From assembly GCA_964016885.1 (NCBI GenBank), contig OZ024740.1:202864001-202928000 (forward strand): 64,000 nt of DNA, in the 5' to 3' direction. Position 1 is the first letter of the stretch, and every line of letters begins with the position of its first letter. The stretch comes from Eledone cirrhosa. Lineage: Eukaryota. The notes below the pieces were generated by a model. That model ran no database searches, was not told the origin of the DNA, and saw only the letters and a program-made list of their open reading frames with translations. This document shows positions 16,640 to 30,522 of this stretch, one piece after another. The translations under genes and the position numbers were made by a program.

Positions 16640-17350
16640 TAAATGCTCATAAGTCCGTGATAGATTTCGACAACCCTATATGGCTTATAAAATCAAATAG
16701 CAACCCTTTTGACCTGACCATGGATGCCAGCCATTCGGTGGAAGTTACAGACCTTATTGATCTATTTCTACTCTTTTCCATCAAGGATGAATTCTCTAGT
16801 GTAGGCGGGGGCCTTGTATCGTGATGATGGTCTTTTGACTGTGACTAAATGTGGTCCCCGACCTATTCATAGGTTTAGAAAGGAGGTTATCGCTTTCTTT
16901 AAAGGCTTCAGTCTTTCCATTCAAGTTGAGGCCAACCTATGTAGTGAATTTCCTCGATGTGACATCCAATGTGTCGAACGGCCTGTACTACCGGTAGAGA
17001 AAGCCCAACGACATGTTAATATACATTATTAACATTTTAATCATCCAGCCAGCACAACCAAAAATTTGAGACTTTCTCGTTTATCAGCTAACGAGCATAT
17101 CTTCACCGATCATTCCACATATTACAATGAAGCTCCAGCTCGGAGTGGATTTCTAGATAAGGTTGAATACACTAAGTACGAGCAAAAAACTAAGAAAAAT
17201 AGATCTATACTGATTATATCGTATAACCTACCATATAATATGGAAGTGACCACGGTAATAGCTAAAACCTTTCATACTTTAATTAGGAAGCGTTTCCTCT
17301 TAGCAGATAAATATCACAAGAATTTTTCGGGTTTTAACATCAAGCGGATC
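16640..17350 (+). pseudogene. PLE reverse transcriptase fragment, frameshifted
   Basis: FDLTMDASHSVEVTDLIDLFLL, GLYRDDGL and a later VNFLDVT-like segment match PLE RT motifs. Confidence 0.8.
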
Positions 17351-17359
17351 TCATCTAGC

Positions 17360-18390
17360 GTCCAGTCAAGTAATCCGAATGTTGGTGTTAGCAAAAACCT
17401 TGTGGGCCAGTGATTTATTGTGTGCAGAGAGTTCAGAGGACCATATTTTTCTTATTTGGTTGTTATATTCCCTGGTTACTCGTTCCTTGTTACAAATTCC
17501 ATCATAGGTTATATTTTCATAGTCCTAGAATGTTTTTTAATTTACAATCATGTAAGAGCATTTATCCTGGCCAAACTCCATTCCTTATCTTTTGAGAATG
17601 TCGTAGCTAGGTCAAGGATTTTTCTTCATACCATTTATATTCTTGGCATGAAGTTTCAGGTCATCCACAAAGAAGTTATGTGTTAGATTTGTGGTCTGAC
17701 TTGCTGTGAACCAATTCCGTATCGTTTATATCTCCTAAGCATAAAGGACAAAGGGTTTACTGGCAGTATAAATAGCATCACAGAACGACTGTCTCTTTGA
17801 AATATATCCCTGTGGTATTCTATTTTATCAGTGTCAATAATATAGTCCTCCTTTTCTGTAGTTAACTTCATGATAATGGCTCTGGAAGAAGATATGTTCT
17901 CTATGGTTCTGATTATGGTATCTGGGACTTTAGCAAATCGAAGAACTTCTACATCCGAGAGTGGGAAATAGAATCGAATGCGTTCCTGTAGTCCAGCCAG
18001 ATTGCAACCTAGTTCCTCTTATGTCGCCAACCTCTGACGCTGCGGTTTTGATTGTTAGGAGTTGCTCAGCACATTCCTGAACTCCTTTCTTCCCAGCTGA
18101 TTGTTTATCTGTGATGATTATGTTGTAGTTACAGTGATCCTGGAGGAATAAGTTCAGATAGACTGCATACATTCCATACATTACGCTCTTGTACATGTGA
18201 GTCTCTTTGTTTTGTGGGGATCAATCTTGTCTCTGCTAATATCAACCAGCTTGATATATGTGTATCTCCTTTGGGGGAGCTTGCTGGTAGAAGTTGATAC
18301 GATATATCCAGTAGAAAACAAGTTTTTTTTGTTCCAGTAGCCGACATTCAAGTCTCGTCCTGGTGCTTTCTTATCCTGAAGTTTTCCTAT
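17360..18390 (-). pseudogene. R4/Dong-like non-LTR RT fragment
   Basis: KKGVQECAEQLL and IEYHRDIFQRDS (degraded RGIFQGDS); homologous to 53350-54420. Confidence 0.7.
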
Positions 18391-18559
18391 CACATTCATA
18401 AAACAGAATGATGTAGAACAGAAAAAAGGAGAGACACAAAATAAAAACCTGGTCACTGAGGAGGTCACAGAATGTGTGACAAAAGAGCTTTGAGAATATA
18501 TAAACAACCTTCTTGTTATCGAACCAACCAACTAACCAACCAACCGGAAATTTATAATA

Positions 18560-18903
<344 letters not shown>

Positions 18904-19634
18904 TAGGTTAAATCTTGTGTGAAAGGGGAGCAAGTGGTATTTTCAGCGCATCGGACATGAGCCTTTCACCAGAAAAAAAAACATGAGTAAGAGAGAAGAA
19001 ATAATTCAGAGAGAGAAATAGATAGAGAGAGAGGGGCAGACAGAGATAGAGAGAGAGAGTAATAAGGTGGGGGAGCAGTAATTGTGAAAATTGTAGGTAA
19101 AACAGTAACTGTTAAAAGTAATGAAATAGCATTTACAATTCGTTGTTTAGCTGGTAGCATATGTACACAATTCAAAAGTCAGTATGTCTGTATTATTGTG
19201 GCACACAAAATAAACTACATTTCGTTGAAAAAAAAAAAAAAATAATGCACATTTCGTTTTTTTTCCGTAGAAACACAAAGTATTGTTTTTAAACTTTCAA
19301 ATATTACCAACAGTCACCTGCCCGCCTTCTCAAAAAATATTTAATTTCTTACTCTTTTTAAAAAAGAGTTTTCGCTGCCTATATTTAAAAGATCGCTGAT
19401 TACGATTCTGCAAAAAAAACAAGACCTCCAGATTTTAATTTTTCAATTTTGGAGGAAATTGATTGAAACTGAAAGAAAAGTTGCCGAGGAGAGAATGAGA
19501 AAATTGTTTTACAGACCTAAAAACCATTGAAACTAGATTCCGGCAATGTTTTGAATATTGTGAAAATTAGACGCAGTCATGGCATAGGATTCTCTGCAAA
19601 TAGATCGATGGATTTCCGTCTGTTTCGACGATGA

Positions 19635-19930
19635 GGCTCTAGTTGTTCGATCAACGGAACAGCCTGCTCATGAAATTAACGTGTAAGTGGCTGAGCATTT
19701 CACAGACATGTGTAACCGTAACGTAATTCTCAGGAAGATTCAGTGTGACACAGTGTGACAAGGTTGGCCCTTTGAATTACAGGTACAGTCTGCCAGGTGA
19801 GCTTCCAAACAGTTTCCGTCTACTCGATTTCACTCACAAGGCTTGGGTTGACCTGAGGCTAAACTAAGTGACATTTGCCATGATGTCACACAGTGGAAAA
19901 CGAACTTGGGACCTAATAATTGCGAAGTGA
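19635..19930. mobile_element. Old SINE-like dispersed repeat (second family)
   Basis: Shares segments in reverse complement with ~21360-21530 (GAACAGCC...GAAATTAACGT...GAGCATT...GAATTAC). Confidence 0.55.
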
Positions 19931-20045
19931 AACTCTTAAACTTTCAGCGATGCTACATCTTGTCTATAAATGGCTTCATCGACTTGTGAAAATTTCAGTC
20001 CTCGATCGACCAATATTTATATTTTAACCACCTTTTCATCCGATC

Positions 20046-20198
20046 CTAGAAAGATTCCATATTGATTATGAAACCTCTGCCTGTAGCAGGCTCTACAATA
20101 TTGCGGGAATGGTTAACCGTTCCATGGATATAACTTAGATTTGTATAGCTTGTCCACTTATCTGTAAAAATACAGCACACCTTCCGAACAAAAAGCCT
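20046..20198 (-). pseudogene. Merlin/ISXO2 (IS1016-like) transposase remnant
   Basis: TDKWTSYTNLSYIHGTVNHSRNIVEPATG...NMESF resembles the xDxWxxY...HxTVNHS..FVDPxTG..NxES motif. Confidence 0.65.
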
Positions 20199-20825
20199 TT
20201 CTTCTTCTTCTTCTTCTTCTTCTTCTTCTTCTTCTTCTTCTTCTTCTTCTTCTTCTTCTTCTCCTCCTCCTCCTCCTCCTCCTCCTCCTCCTCCTCCTCC
20301 TCCTCCTCCTACTCCTCCTTCTTCTTCTTCTTCTTCTTCTTCTTCTTCTTCTTCTTCTCCTCCTCCTCCTCCTCCTCCTCCTCCTCCTCCTCCTCCTCCT
20401 ACTCCTCCTTCTTCTTCTTCTTCTTCTTCTTCTTCTTCTTCTTCTTCTTCTTCTTCTTCTTCTTCTTCTTCTTCTTGAGAGAGTCGTGGAGGAAGAGTCT
20501 TCAAACATTCCTTCCACCAGGGCCTGTCAGAAGCAACCGTCTTGGCTGGATCAGCCAAGCTCATGGATGTTATCCAACCATTTTGCTCGGAGTCTACCCC
20601 TGGGTATCCTGTCAGTTAGTTTTGCCTGTAAAATCTGTCCAGCGATACTTTCCTGAGACATTCTAACCACATGCCCATAGTATCGGAGCTGTGATCTCAA
20701 TTTGGAGAAGTAGGGGCTCTACCTGGAGTGACTCTATCGAGTAACGTTGCACTAAAGAGACTTAGGAGGAACCCCATATTCGGGATCGTATTCTTTCTGT
20801 CATTACCCAAGATTCATGACTATAA
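20199..20825 (-). mobile_element. RTE-like LINE 3' fragment with (GAA)n/(GGA)n tail
   Basis: Similar to 25930-26345; reverse strand carries a PRGRLRAKWLDNI-type terminal peptide before the triplet tail. Confidence 0.65.
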
Positions 20826-21597
20826 GTAACTCCACAGTAAAACATAAGATAATAAAAACAAAATAAAATCTATTTATAGTTTTTAACAGCTAACATTATA
20901 AAATGTAATTTACCTGATAAACAATAAACAAATTTTATATATTCAACTTCTGTATTATTTTATACTATGTGAAGTTTTTTGATCGGAGGATTTCTTTTTT
21001 TTTTTTTTGTATGGGTTTTTAGAAAAATTAGATGGCTAAGTGTGGTTTGAGGGAGATTTGACTGCTATTTCTGGAAGTTGGCGTTATACCACAAAGAGGT
21101 TTTTTGGTTTAGTTCGTTATAGTCGTGTGAAGGCGCAAATAACTTAGTAGTTAGAGATGTTCGATGACAGTGACAGTGGAAGTTTGGTTCCTTTGTGTTC
21201 GGACCTGGTGTATCTGTATATGTTTCACGGTCACACACTCACATTGTTCTTATAACTACAACTTTTATTCGATTATAAGATCGTTAATTCGGATCCCCAA
21301 TCCGACGGCGCCTTGTCCTTGAGCAAGACAATATATAATATTTCATGTTACTCCAGTCTATTCAGCTGGCAAAAATGATTTGTGTCCGTAATTCAAAGGA
21401 TTGGCTTTTTCACACACTCTGATATGCTGAATCTCTCCAAGAACTACGTTATGGGTGTACATATCAGTGCAATGCTCGGCCATATATACGTTAATTTCAC
21501 GAGAAGGCTGTTCTGTTTTACGAACAACTGGGACAGTCATCGTCGTAACCGACCGAGGTCCAACACGTTATAGCCTGTTATTATGATATTATGTATT

Positions 21598-22018
21598 AGA
21601 GTGGTGAATTGGCAGTATCGCTAGAGGGTCGGACGCCATGCTTTGCAGCATAGAGTTACGGCCCTTTATGATCTGAGTTCAAATCCCGCCGAGGTTAACT
21701 TTGCCTTTCATCCTTACGGGGTCGATAAAATAAAGTACCAGTCACGTACTGGGGTCGATTTAATCGACTTTCCCGTCCCCCAAAATTGTTGGCCTTGTGC
21801 CTATATAAGAAACCATTATGTATTAGGGTGGTGGATTGGCAGTATCGGTAGAGGGTCGGACGCCATGCTTTGACGCATAGAGTTACGGCCCTTGCCATTC
21901 TGAGTTCAAATCCCGCCGAGGTTAACTTTGCCTTTCATCCTTACGGGGTCGATAAAATAAAGTACCAGTAATTCACTGGGTATTTGCTGGCCTTGTGCCA
22001 AAAGTAGAAACAATTATG
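21598..22018 (+). mobile_element. Tandem pair of SINEs (long and short form)
   Basis: Two full SINE consensus copies; ATTATGTATT recurs before, between and after them. Confidence 0.9.
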
Positions 22019-22179
22019 ATATTATGTATTGTTAAGAAGTATTTGAGGGAGGTTTATAAATTGCGTATCTATCGTGAACGTCAAGGATATGACCAACATA
22101 TAGCCATTGTTTATTAAAACAAATTAACTAACACACATTTAATGTATTAAGTGAAACAGTAGAAGATATTGTTGACTTC

Positions 22180-22940
22180 TACAATCTGTCTCTTTCTCAC
22201 TCTCCTCCTTTTTACCTCTGTCTCTCAATCTCTGCCCCTCCGAGCGTCTCTGTCTCTTTCCCTCTTTCTCCTAGTCTCTCGCTCTTCATATCTGCCCCCC
22301 CCCCCCTCTCTATCTCTATCTCTCCATCTTTATCTCTTTCCATCAGTCTCTCCCTCCTCATCTCTATCTCACTTTCACCCCCTCGCCACCCCCTTTCTTA
22401 AATACTAATAAAACATTCTGTCTCTCCTTCATCACCTCTCCCTCTCTCTTCTCTATTTCTCTCCCTCTTTCTCTCTCCTTGTCTCTCGCTCTTCGTCTCT
22501 CTCTCTCTCCATCTGTATGTCTTTCCATCCGTCTCTCTGTCTCTCCTTCTTCATCTCTCTCTCTCTCTCTGCCCCTCTTCTCTATTTCTTTCCCCCTCTC
22601 TCTCCTTGTCTCTCCCTCTTCGTCTCTCTCTATCTTTATCTCTTTCCATCCGCCTCTCCCTCTCCATCTCTCTCTCATTCCCTCCCCATCCTCTTTCTTA
22701 AAAACTAAAAACTCTGTCTCTCCTTCATCGCTCTCGCCAAGTCTCTCTCTCTTTCTTCTAGTCTCTCACTCTTCCCCACCCTCTCTCTCTCTCTCTCTCT
22801 CCATTTTTATCTCCTTCCATCCGTCTCTCCCTCTTCATCTCTCTCTGTCTCTCCTCTATTTCCTTCCCTCTCTCGCCTAGTCTCTCCCTCTTCATCTCAC
22901 TCTCACTCTCACTCCCTCTCCATCCCCTTTCTTAAACACT
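22180..22940. repeat. CT-rich low-complexity region with degenerate internal repetition
   Basis: Polypyrimidine tract; CTTTCTTAAA(T/A/C)ACTA recurs near 22393, 22693 and 22927. Confidence 0.7.
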
Positions 22941-23142
22941 ATCAACAAAAGTGAAGGCAAGGATGAAGAGGTTGTTGTTTAAATTGAGTTAAATAATTAG
23001 AAGGGGATTGATTACAAGTGATTTTAGAGTTTCATTCTTACAACTAATTAGTTATATTCTTCAACATACATCCCTCTTAATTCTGTTGTTTTGTGTGTTG
23101 TGTTGTTAGGGTGAAGAAACACTTTCTTTGTTATATTTTCTA

Positions 23143-23660
<518 letters not shown>

Positions 23661-23720
23661 ATGAAATATGTATAATGAAATAAATATGGTTTTATAAATA
23701 TAGTTTCCATTTGTTAATAT

Positions 23721-23817
<97 letters not shown>

Positions 23818-23829
23818 ATATGTACATAT

Positions 23830-25025
23830 GTTATCTCTTTCTCTTAATTTCGAGTATATTTTTTTGACCGGCCACCTTCCTGGTGGCAAGGTTGTAAAAG
23901 AAAAGAAATTGTCATCCCTTGAATCGCAAGAATGTTTTGCAAATTTTGAAGATGCCAGATATCGCAGCCATTTGTAGACTATGAATTAGGGAGCTGCGCT
24001 TTTTGTCCGCAAATCCAAGTTCAGTCATACTTTGGTCCGAGCGGGTTGGTATATAACCCGTAGCTCCAATAATGATGGGTATGAAGCTAAAGGTGTATCT
24101 TGGATACTGGATTTGTAAACTCCTCATCAATGGTCCGTAGATGTCCTCCTTCTCCTGTATTTTTCTGACAACGTTTACATCAAGTGGGCAGCTGATCTCC
24201 ACAATAGAACACGTTTTTAATGTGTGGTCCCAAACAACAATATCAGGCCGGTTGTGCTTTAATTTGGTGGCAGTTTTTATTTTCAGGTTCCACCAGTATT
24301 CCTTAGTGCCATCTGTCTCAATATATTCTTCCTTGTTTGTTGTTAATTTTGTTTTCCGAAGTGCGTTCAGATGGTTCTAGCTATCCCATCGTGTCTCATG
24401 GGGAGGTAGTAGCGAGATGACATTCTTTCGCAGCTGGCAACAATGTGGCTTACATCCTCGATCTTTGTTTTACATAGCCTACACTTATTGTCAGCTGCTG
24501 GACCTCCCCTTTTGTGCAGCAGATATTTGGTAGGGAGTTCTTGTTCCTGTATTGCATAGAGATATCGCTCAAGGTGTGATGTCATAAACTTGTCGGAACT
24601 CCATGCCAGGCTTTTTGAGTGGTTTATCCCCTCTATGGTCTGTGTTTTACGTCTCAAGTATCCATGCACAACTTTTTCTGTAAATTGGTCAATTTTTTCA
24701 TTTTGTTTGAACATTGAATAGGATCTTCCGATTTCTCTGGGTGAGAGATTTATATCAGGCTTTATTCCATATCTCTCCTCCAGATCACTCGCTATTCTAA
24801 TGATAATTTTTTTTCATGCTCATAAACCTGGACAAGATGGTTGCCAACCTTTTTCCTCTGTTGACGGTGTTGCTTCAGTGTTACTATCCGGATCTCATAT
24901 GTTGTTAATGTGGATTTTAGACCCCGGCCACCTTCCTTGCGTGAGAAGTATAGCCTATCCACATCACCATTGATGTTAAAGTTCCCAGTAACACTGAGAA
25001 GTTTGCGAGTTCTAACATCCATCTC
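23830..25025 (-). mobile_element. 5'-truncated R4/Dong-like REL-endonuclease non-LTR retrotransposon
   Basis: RLYFSRKEGGRGL, CCHC knuckle CRLC..HIVASC, RHD, and NRPDIVVWD..VEISCPLD restriction-like endonuclease motif; broken by stops and frameshifts. Confidence 0.85.
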
Positions 25026-25063
25026 ACTTAGTTATGTATGTATGTATGTATGTATGTATGTAT

Positions 25064-25660
25064 CCCAGTACAACCTGTCTCATGGTCGGGTCGTTGGCGA
25101 CTAAACTGGCAACCCCACCAAGGTTTCTTGGTGAGGAGGGTGACTTTGGACATCCTGCAGGACTAAAAACAAAACCTGTCAAAGGGCAAAGGGGCTCTTA
25201 AGAGTCAATGGCCATCCAAAATCACCGGGAGAGATGACCCCTTAGCCTTTGTCAAAGCAGAATTCTAGGAGAAGGAAAACTCTGATATAACACCTGCAAC
25301 CCTGATGATATCCAATGATGTTGACTTGTTCTTCTTTTTGGTAAATATCATCTTGGTTAAGAGAGTGGGACTGGCTTTGTGCAGTGCCTTTGCTCACTAT
25401 AAAAGCTTCACGGCACAAGCATTGCTTTATATCTGGAGATCTCTCTGCACTTGTCGTCACATGGTACCAAGGACCCAGCACTATGTGTCAATAATTGTCA
25501 CAGGTGTAGTGTTTTTACCAGAGTTTTTAGGTCGCTGGCTGGACTAAACAGTCACACTCGTTCAGCGCATCGGTAGGGGTTCTCCTACATGGATATAAAG
25601 TAGTGGCCGTACTCGAAAACGAGTTGGCAGCAACCATGTATGTATGTATGTATGTATGTA
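25064..25660 (+). mobile_element. Non-coding retroposon with (ATGT)n tail, possibly RTE-derived
   Basis: Bounded by (TATG)n tracts; its 5' end carries GTCGTTGGCGACTAA, reminiscent of RTE 5' ends. Confidence 0.45.
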
Positions 25661-25833
25661 TTAAACCAGTTCTTATCTTTGCTTTTGTGGAATTCCTTGT
25701 TTATAGTTTTCTACGATTTCAGTTTGTTTTCGTTCCTTTCCAGAGTCACTGGCTTATTGACAATCAAGTATCGAGATACATACAAGCCAAAAGTCAATAT
25801 ATCATGCACTATCACTGGCAGAAGATATTATAT

Positions 25834-26360
25834 CTTCTTCTTCTTCTTCTTCTTCTTCTTTTTCTTTTTCTTCTTCTTCTTCTTCTTCTTCTTCTTCTTC
25901 TTCTTTTTCTTCTTCTTCTTCACCCACTTATTCCTGAGAGGGTTGTGTGGGCAGAGTCCTCAAACACTCTTTCCAACTAGTCCTGTCAGAAACAACCGTC
26001 TCCCAATGATCCAGCTGGATTCCCAACCGAGACCAGCCAAGCTCATGGATGTTATCCAACCATCTTGCTCGGGCTCTACCCCTGGGTATCCTGCAAGCTG
26101 GATTTACCCGTAAAAATCTGTCCAGCGATTCTTTCCTGAAACATTCTAACTACATGCCCATATTATCGGAGCTGTGATCTCTCAATTTAAAGTAGTGGCT
26201 CTACCTGGAGTGACTCTCTGATCTTCGAGCTACGCACTCTATCGGGTAACGTTACTCTAAAGACCATTCGGAGGAACCCCATATCGGCCGCTTGTATTCG
26301 CGATCGTATTATTTTGGTCATTCCCCCAAGATTCATGACCGTAGGTAAAGGTTGGCATGA
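25834..26360 (-). mobile_element. RTE-like LINE 3' fragment with (GAA)n tail
   Basis: Homologous to 20475-20825. Confidence 0.65.
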
Positions 26361-26369
26361 ATACATATA

Positions 26370-26560
26370 TAATTGTTTCTACTTTTGGCACAATCCCAGC
26401 AATTACCCAGTACATTACTAGTACTTTATTTTATCGACCCCATAAGGATGAAAGGCAAAGTTAACCTCGGCGGGATTTGAACTCAGATCATAAAGGGCCA
26501 TAACTCTATGCTGCAAAGAATGGTGTCCGACCCTCTACCGATACTGCCAATCCACCGCCC
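26370..26560 (-). mobile_element. tRNA-derived SINE
   Basis: Full consensus on the reverse strand. Confidence 0.9.
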
Positions 26561-26929
26561 TTAATATATAATACATATATAATGGTACAAATATAGATGT
26601 TTACATCTTTTGCTGATATCTGCCAACGAGTCGGTGAACAACTTTGATATGGCCTACCATCTTTTTCACCTTTCAGTAAACAACAAGTAAACCAAGGTTC
26701 TCGCACAGCCAACCCCAAATAACATCTTACCAGATTTTGATATTACCATCTCTTATGGTATGGTATGGTCTCTCTCTCCAGGCCTGAGTACAGCAGATTT
26801 CTTCCAGAGAAAGATAAAAAGTGATAGACCATCTCTGATACACCTTTCGAAAAAGTAGAGCATATACCATATTTAGGCAACCTTTTTATCAAATAGGTGC
26901 ACATCAGAAAATGATGTGGTACTGCAGAA

Positions 26930-27110
26930 TTAGAGCTGCACATGGTGCATTTGGAAGCTAATCAAACGCGTATTCAACAACAAAAATTTGAACTTAACAA
27001 CAAAACCTATGGTCTATAATGCTGTTGTCATTTTTCCACCTTGCTATATGGCTGCGAAACCTTGACTCTATATCGTCGGGACATCCAAAAATTAGAATGC
27101 TTTCACTATG
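26930..27110 (+). pseudogene. RTE-like RT C-terminal fragment
   Basis: VFNNKNLNLTTKPMVYNAVV and TLLYGCETLTLYRRDIQKLECFH across a frameshift. Confidence 0.7.
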
Positions 27111-27400
27111 ATTGGGATAAAACCACAGAAACAGCTGTCTGGCATTCTCACCACTACTGAAATAGCTGTGAAATGATCGCGGTCTTTAAAACATTCATAG
27201 GTAGGCTCTTGTATGTTTATTATATATAAATATATCGTATAAGCTTTCATATACACACGTATGATGAACCACGCTTGCTAATATATATATATATATATAA
27301 TCAATACATATGAAATATGTATAGATAATGTTTATCTGTAAAAGCTCAATAAAACCTTTATTTAAAGCATCCATAATATAAAATAATTTTAAACGATATA

Positions 27401-27618
27401 TAGAAATGTATTAATTGAGAAACTAACCAGGCTTTAATACATATATACTTATAGAAACAGATACGATTTAAGGTGTTAAATAAAAACATTACTCACATAA
27501 CAATTTAGTTATATTTAAATGGCCGAACTTCCAAATAACACCTTAAATTGTATTTGTTTCTATATATATATATGTGTGTAATAAAGCCTGGTTAGTTTCT
27601 CAATTGATATATCTCTGT
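27401..27618. repeat. Imperfect inverted repeat (~78-bp arms)
   Basis: GAGAAACTAACCAGGCTTTA...ATTTAAGGTGTTA is mirrored at 27536-27617. Confidence 0.75.
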
Positions 27619-27644
27619 ATATTGTTTAAAATTATTATACAGAG

Positions 27645-27995
27645 ACCGCATCTCCAATGATGAGGTGCGAAACAGAATTTGGCAAACCATCGGGCCCTAC
27701 GAAGACCCGTTGCCCATTGTAAAAAAATGCAAATTGAACTGTTGCGGGCACGTGACAAGATCTTCATGGCTTGCCAAGACTGTCCTGCAGGGAACAATAC
27801 AAGGAGAAAGGAAAGAGAGGCTAACAGAGAAAGAGATGGGAGGACAACATCCCGGAATGGACAGGTATGAGGCTGGGTGCAACAATGAGGAAGGTGGAGA
27901 TGCGAAAGGAATGGAAGGAGCTGGTTACCAGACTACGATCCACGTAGCTGGTTACCAACGATCCACCAGACTACGGGACAGATAAGATAAGATAT
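27645..27995 (+). pseudogene. RTE-like LINE 3' end
   Basis: ISNDEVRNRI..GHVTRSSWLAKTVLQGTIQG..RWEDNI followed by a (GATAA)n tail. Confidence 0.75.
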
Positions 27996-28071
27996 ATATA
28001 TAAATCTATACATTAGTGGCTTTATCTAATAAGTGGTGTACTGAAGTGTCATAGACACGTGCTGTAACCAC

Positions 28072-28200
28072 AGTGTCAAGGTCATTGTGGCGTGATATTA
28101 GAGTACAATAATGTCAAGATCACTGTGGCGTGATATTACAGTACAATAATGTCAAGGCCAAATTGGTGTCGTATTTCAGTACTAGTGTCAATGTCACTAT
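28072..28200 (+). repeat. 38-bp minisatellite, ~3 copies
   Basis: TGTCAAG starts at 28074, 28112 and 28150. Confidence 0.75.
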
Positions 28201-28708
28201 TACGTAATATCAACTGTGATAAGATAGTGATGGAGGCACACTGTTGATATTCCTGGCGATCACGTGTAGATAAAAGAGTTATTCCTTTTTTTTATCTCAT
28301 GATGGAAAGATCTCTGGTCGAAGCGTTAGAGCGTTCCAGAAAATGACCTACGGTATTATCTCAGGTTTTTACGTTGTGTTCAAATAACACCGCTGTCATG
28401 TTTACCTATGAGTGATTTAATCAACTACAAATGTGGAGTATATATGTATATCTATCTTCATACATACAATCATATATATATATAAATATGTGTGTGTGTA
28501 TATATATATATATTTGAGGGCTGTCGTCGTATTTTCCGTGGCAAACATTTGCACCAAAGATATGTGTCGTCAGTTCCAAAATGTGTGGTTGGTCCTACAC
28601 TAGCCTTCACCACTCAAAACAAAACTTTGTGAGGGTAGTTCAACATCAGTTCCCTTTCTCACGTTTAACTTTTGTAATTTATAATTTATATATATATATA
28701 AATTATAA

Positions 28709-28743
<35 letters not shown>

Positions 28744-28763
28744 ATTTATATATATATATATAT

Positions 28764-28835
<72 letters not shown>

Positions 28836-28851
28836 TATAAATTCATATATA

Positions 28852-28937
<86 letters not shown>

Positions 28938-29167
28938 TATAAATTTATATTCCTGCTCTGTAAAACACCTGATGTTCTTACATTGAGCTATTTCTTTTAC
29001 TGGTAATAAGGTAGTAATAAATTACTGACCTTTCATTTTATTATATATATTTCAAGGGTACCAAAAGACTTTGATACGCTTTCTTCAGATAAAATACAAA
29101 GTTTGTTTTATAAATAGAGACATACCCAGGAAAATCATACCTTATCAGTTGGATATTCTCTGGATAG

Positions 29168-29263
<96 letters not shown>

Positions 29264-29394
29264 GTGAGGTTTTTTTTACAAAATGAAAAATAACCGAGGT
29301 GTCCTACACGAGTGAAAGTATAAAGAAAAAGAGATGAAATCGAAAATGCAACTGGAGTCTTATTTTTTTTTAAAATATATATATTTATTTGGTT

Positions 29395-29432
29395 CCTTTA
29401 CCGGTTTCGCAGTTCTTCTGCTTTTCAAAAGG
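29395..29432 (-). ncRNA. Minimal type I hammerhead ribozyme, U3:A8 core
   Basis: Reverse complement of 29801-29838. Confidence 0.75.
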
Positions 29433-29800
29433 TGAGTTGAGATGGAGGGTCTGTGGTTTTTCTCACATCTGGTTGGTCTCTGAATGTTACTTGTTTTATA
29501 TGGAAAAAGTGGCTCGAAATGCCAGGTTTTTCGAGAAGTAATTTGATTGGTTTGTCAATAATTATAATAAATTTCGCGCCAGTTCGCGTTACAATAGTTT
29601 TTCAAATAAGAGGGGGGGGGGGGGGTTGTCAAAGGTTGTTTTTTCATATATGAGTGTTTGAATTTCTTTTTACTTGAAAAAAGGAGGCTCACGAAGGCTT
29701 TTTTTTGGTTGGTTATAAATGAAATTATGGCTGTCACGTGAACAAATTTTCATTAAATTTTTGTGCCCTTGAAAAACCAAAGACCCTCCATCTCAACTCA

Positions 29801-29838
29801 CCTTTTGAAAAGCAGAAGAACTGCGAAACCGGTAAAGG
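29801..29838 (+). ncRNA. Minimal type I hammerhead ribozyme, U3:A8 core
   Basis: ccuu UUGAAAA gcag-aagaa-cugc GAAA ccgg UA aagg. Confidence 0.75.
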
Positions 29839-29907
29839 AACCAAATAAATATATATATTTTTAAAAAAAATAAGACTCCAGTTGCATTTTCGATTTCATC
29901 TCTTTTT

Positions 29908-29979
<72 letters not shown>

Positions 29980-30402
29980 TTTAACTTATTTTGATCACCT
30001 AAGAGTAGAATGGTTCTTGTGGGCAAATCAGGATGCAACGAATTACTCAATTACTCAAAGGTATGCACGCCATCCATCGCAAATGTGGTGTCCAGAGGTT
30101 GGTGCAGGGACGGAGTAAAGTATTTAAAACGACAATAGAAGGCCGAACTGGAAGATATGCTGTCAATTTTAATTCCGTAAAACCACTATATATATTTCAA
30201 TGGCCCAGCTCCATCATCCATTTATGATGTAAGACAGAACGGTCTCATCAGGTACCTTCGACAGAATTACAAAACAAGGTTACGTAGAACCCATACTTAT
30301 CATGGAAGATAGGGAAAAGAGAATAGGAAAAATGAAAAATGAAAATGAAAAATGAAAAATGAAAATTTGACTTGAGGATGCCTGAAAAAAACTGTTGTAG
30401 TG

Positions 30403-30475
<73 letters not shown>

Positions 30476-30478
30476 TGT

Positions 30479-30522
<44 letters not shown>

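Larger units (their letters stand above)
29319..29913. mobile_element. PLE-type element with ~133-bp inverted terminal repeats
   Basis: 29319-29452 is the reverse complement of 29781-29913; each arm contains a hammerhead motif. Confidence 0.8.

Noticed and set aside
30225-30260. CTGATGA gac..gtc on the minus strand as a hammerhead
   Set aside because: No GAAA follows the putative stem II.
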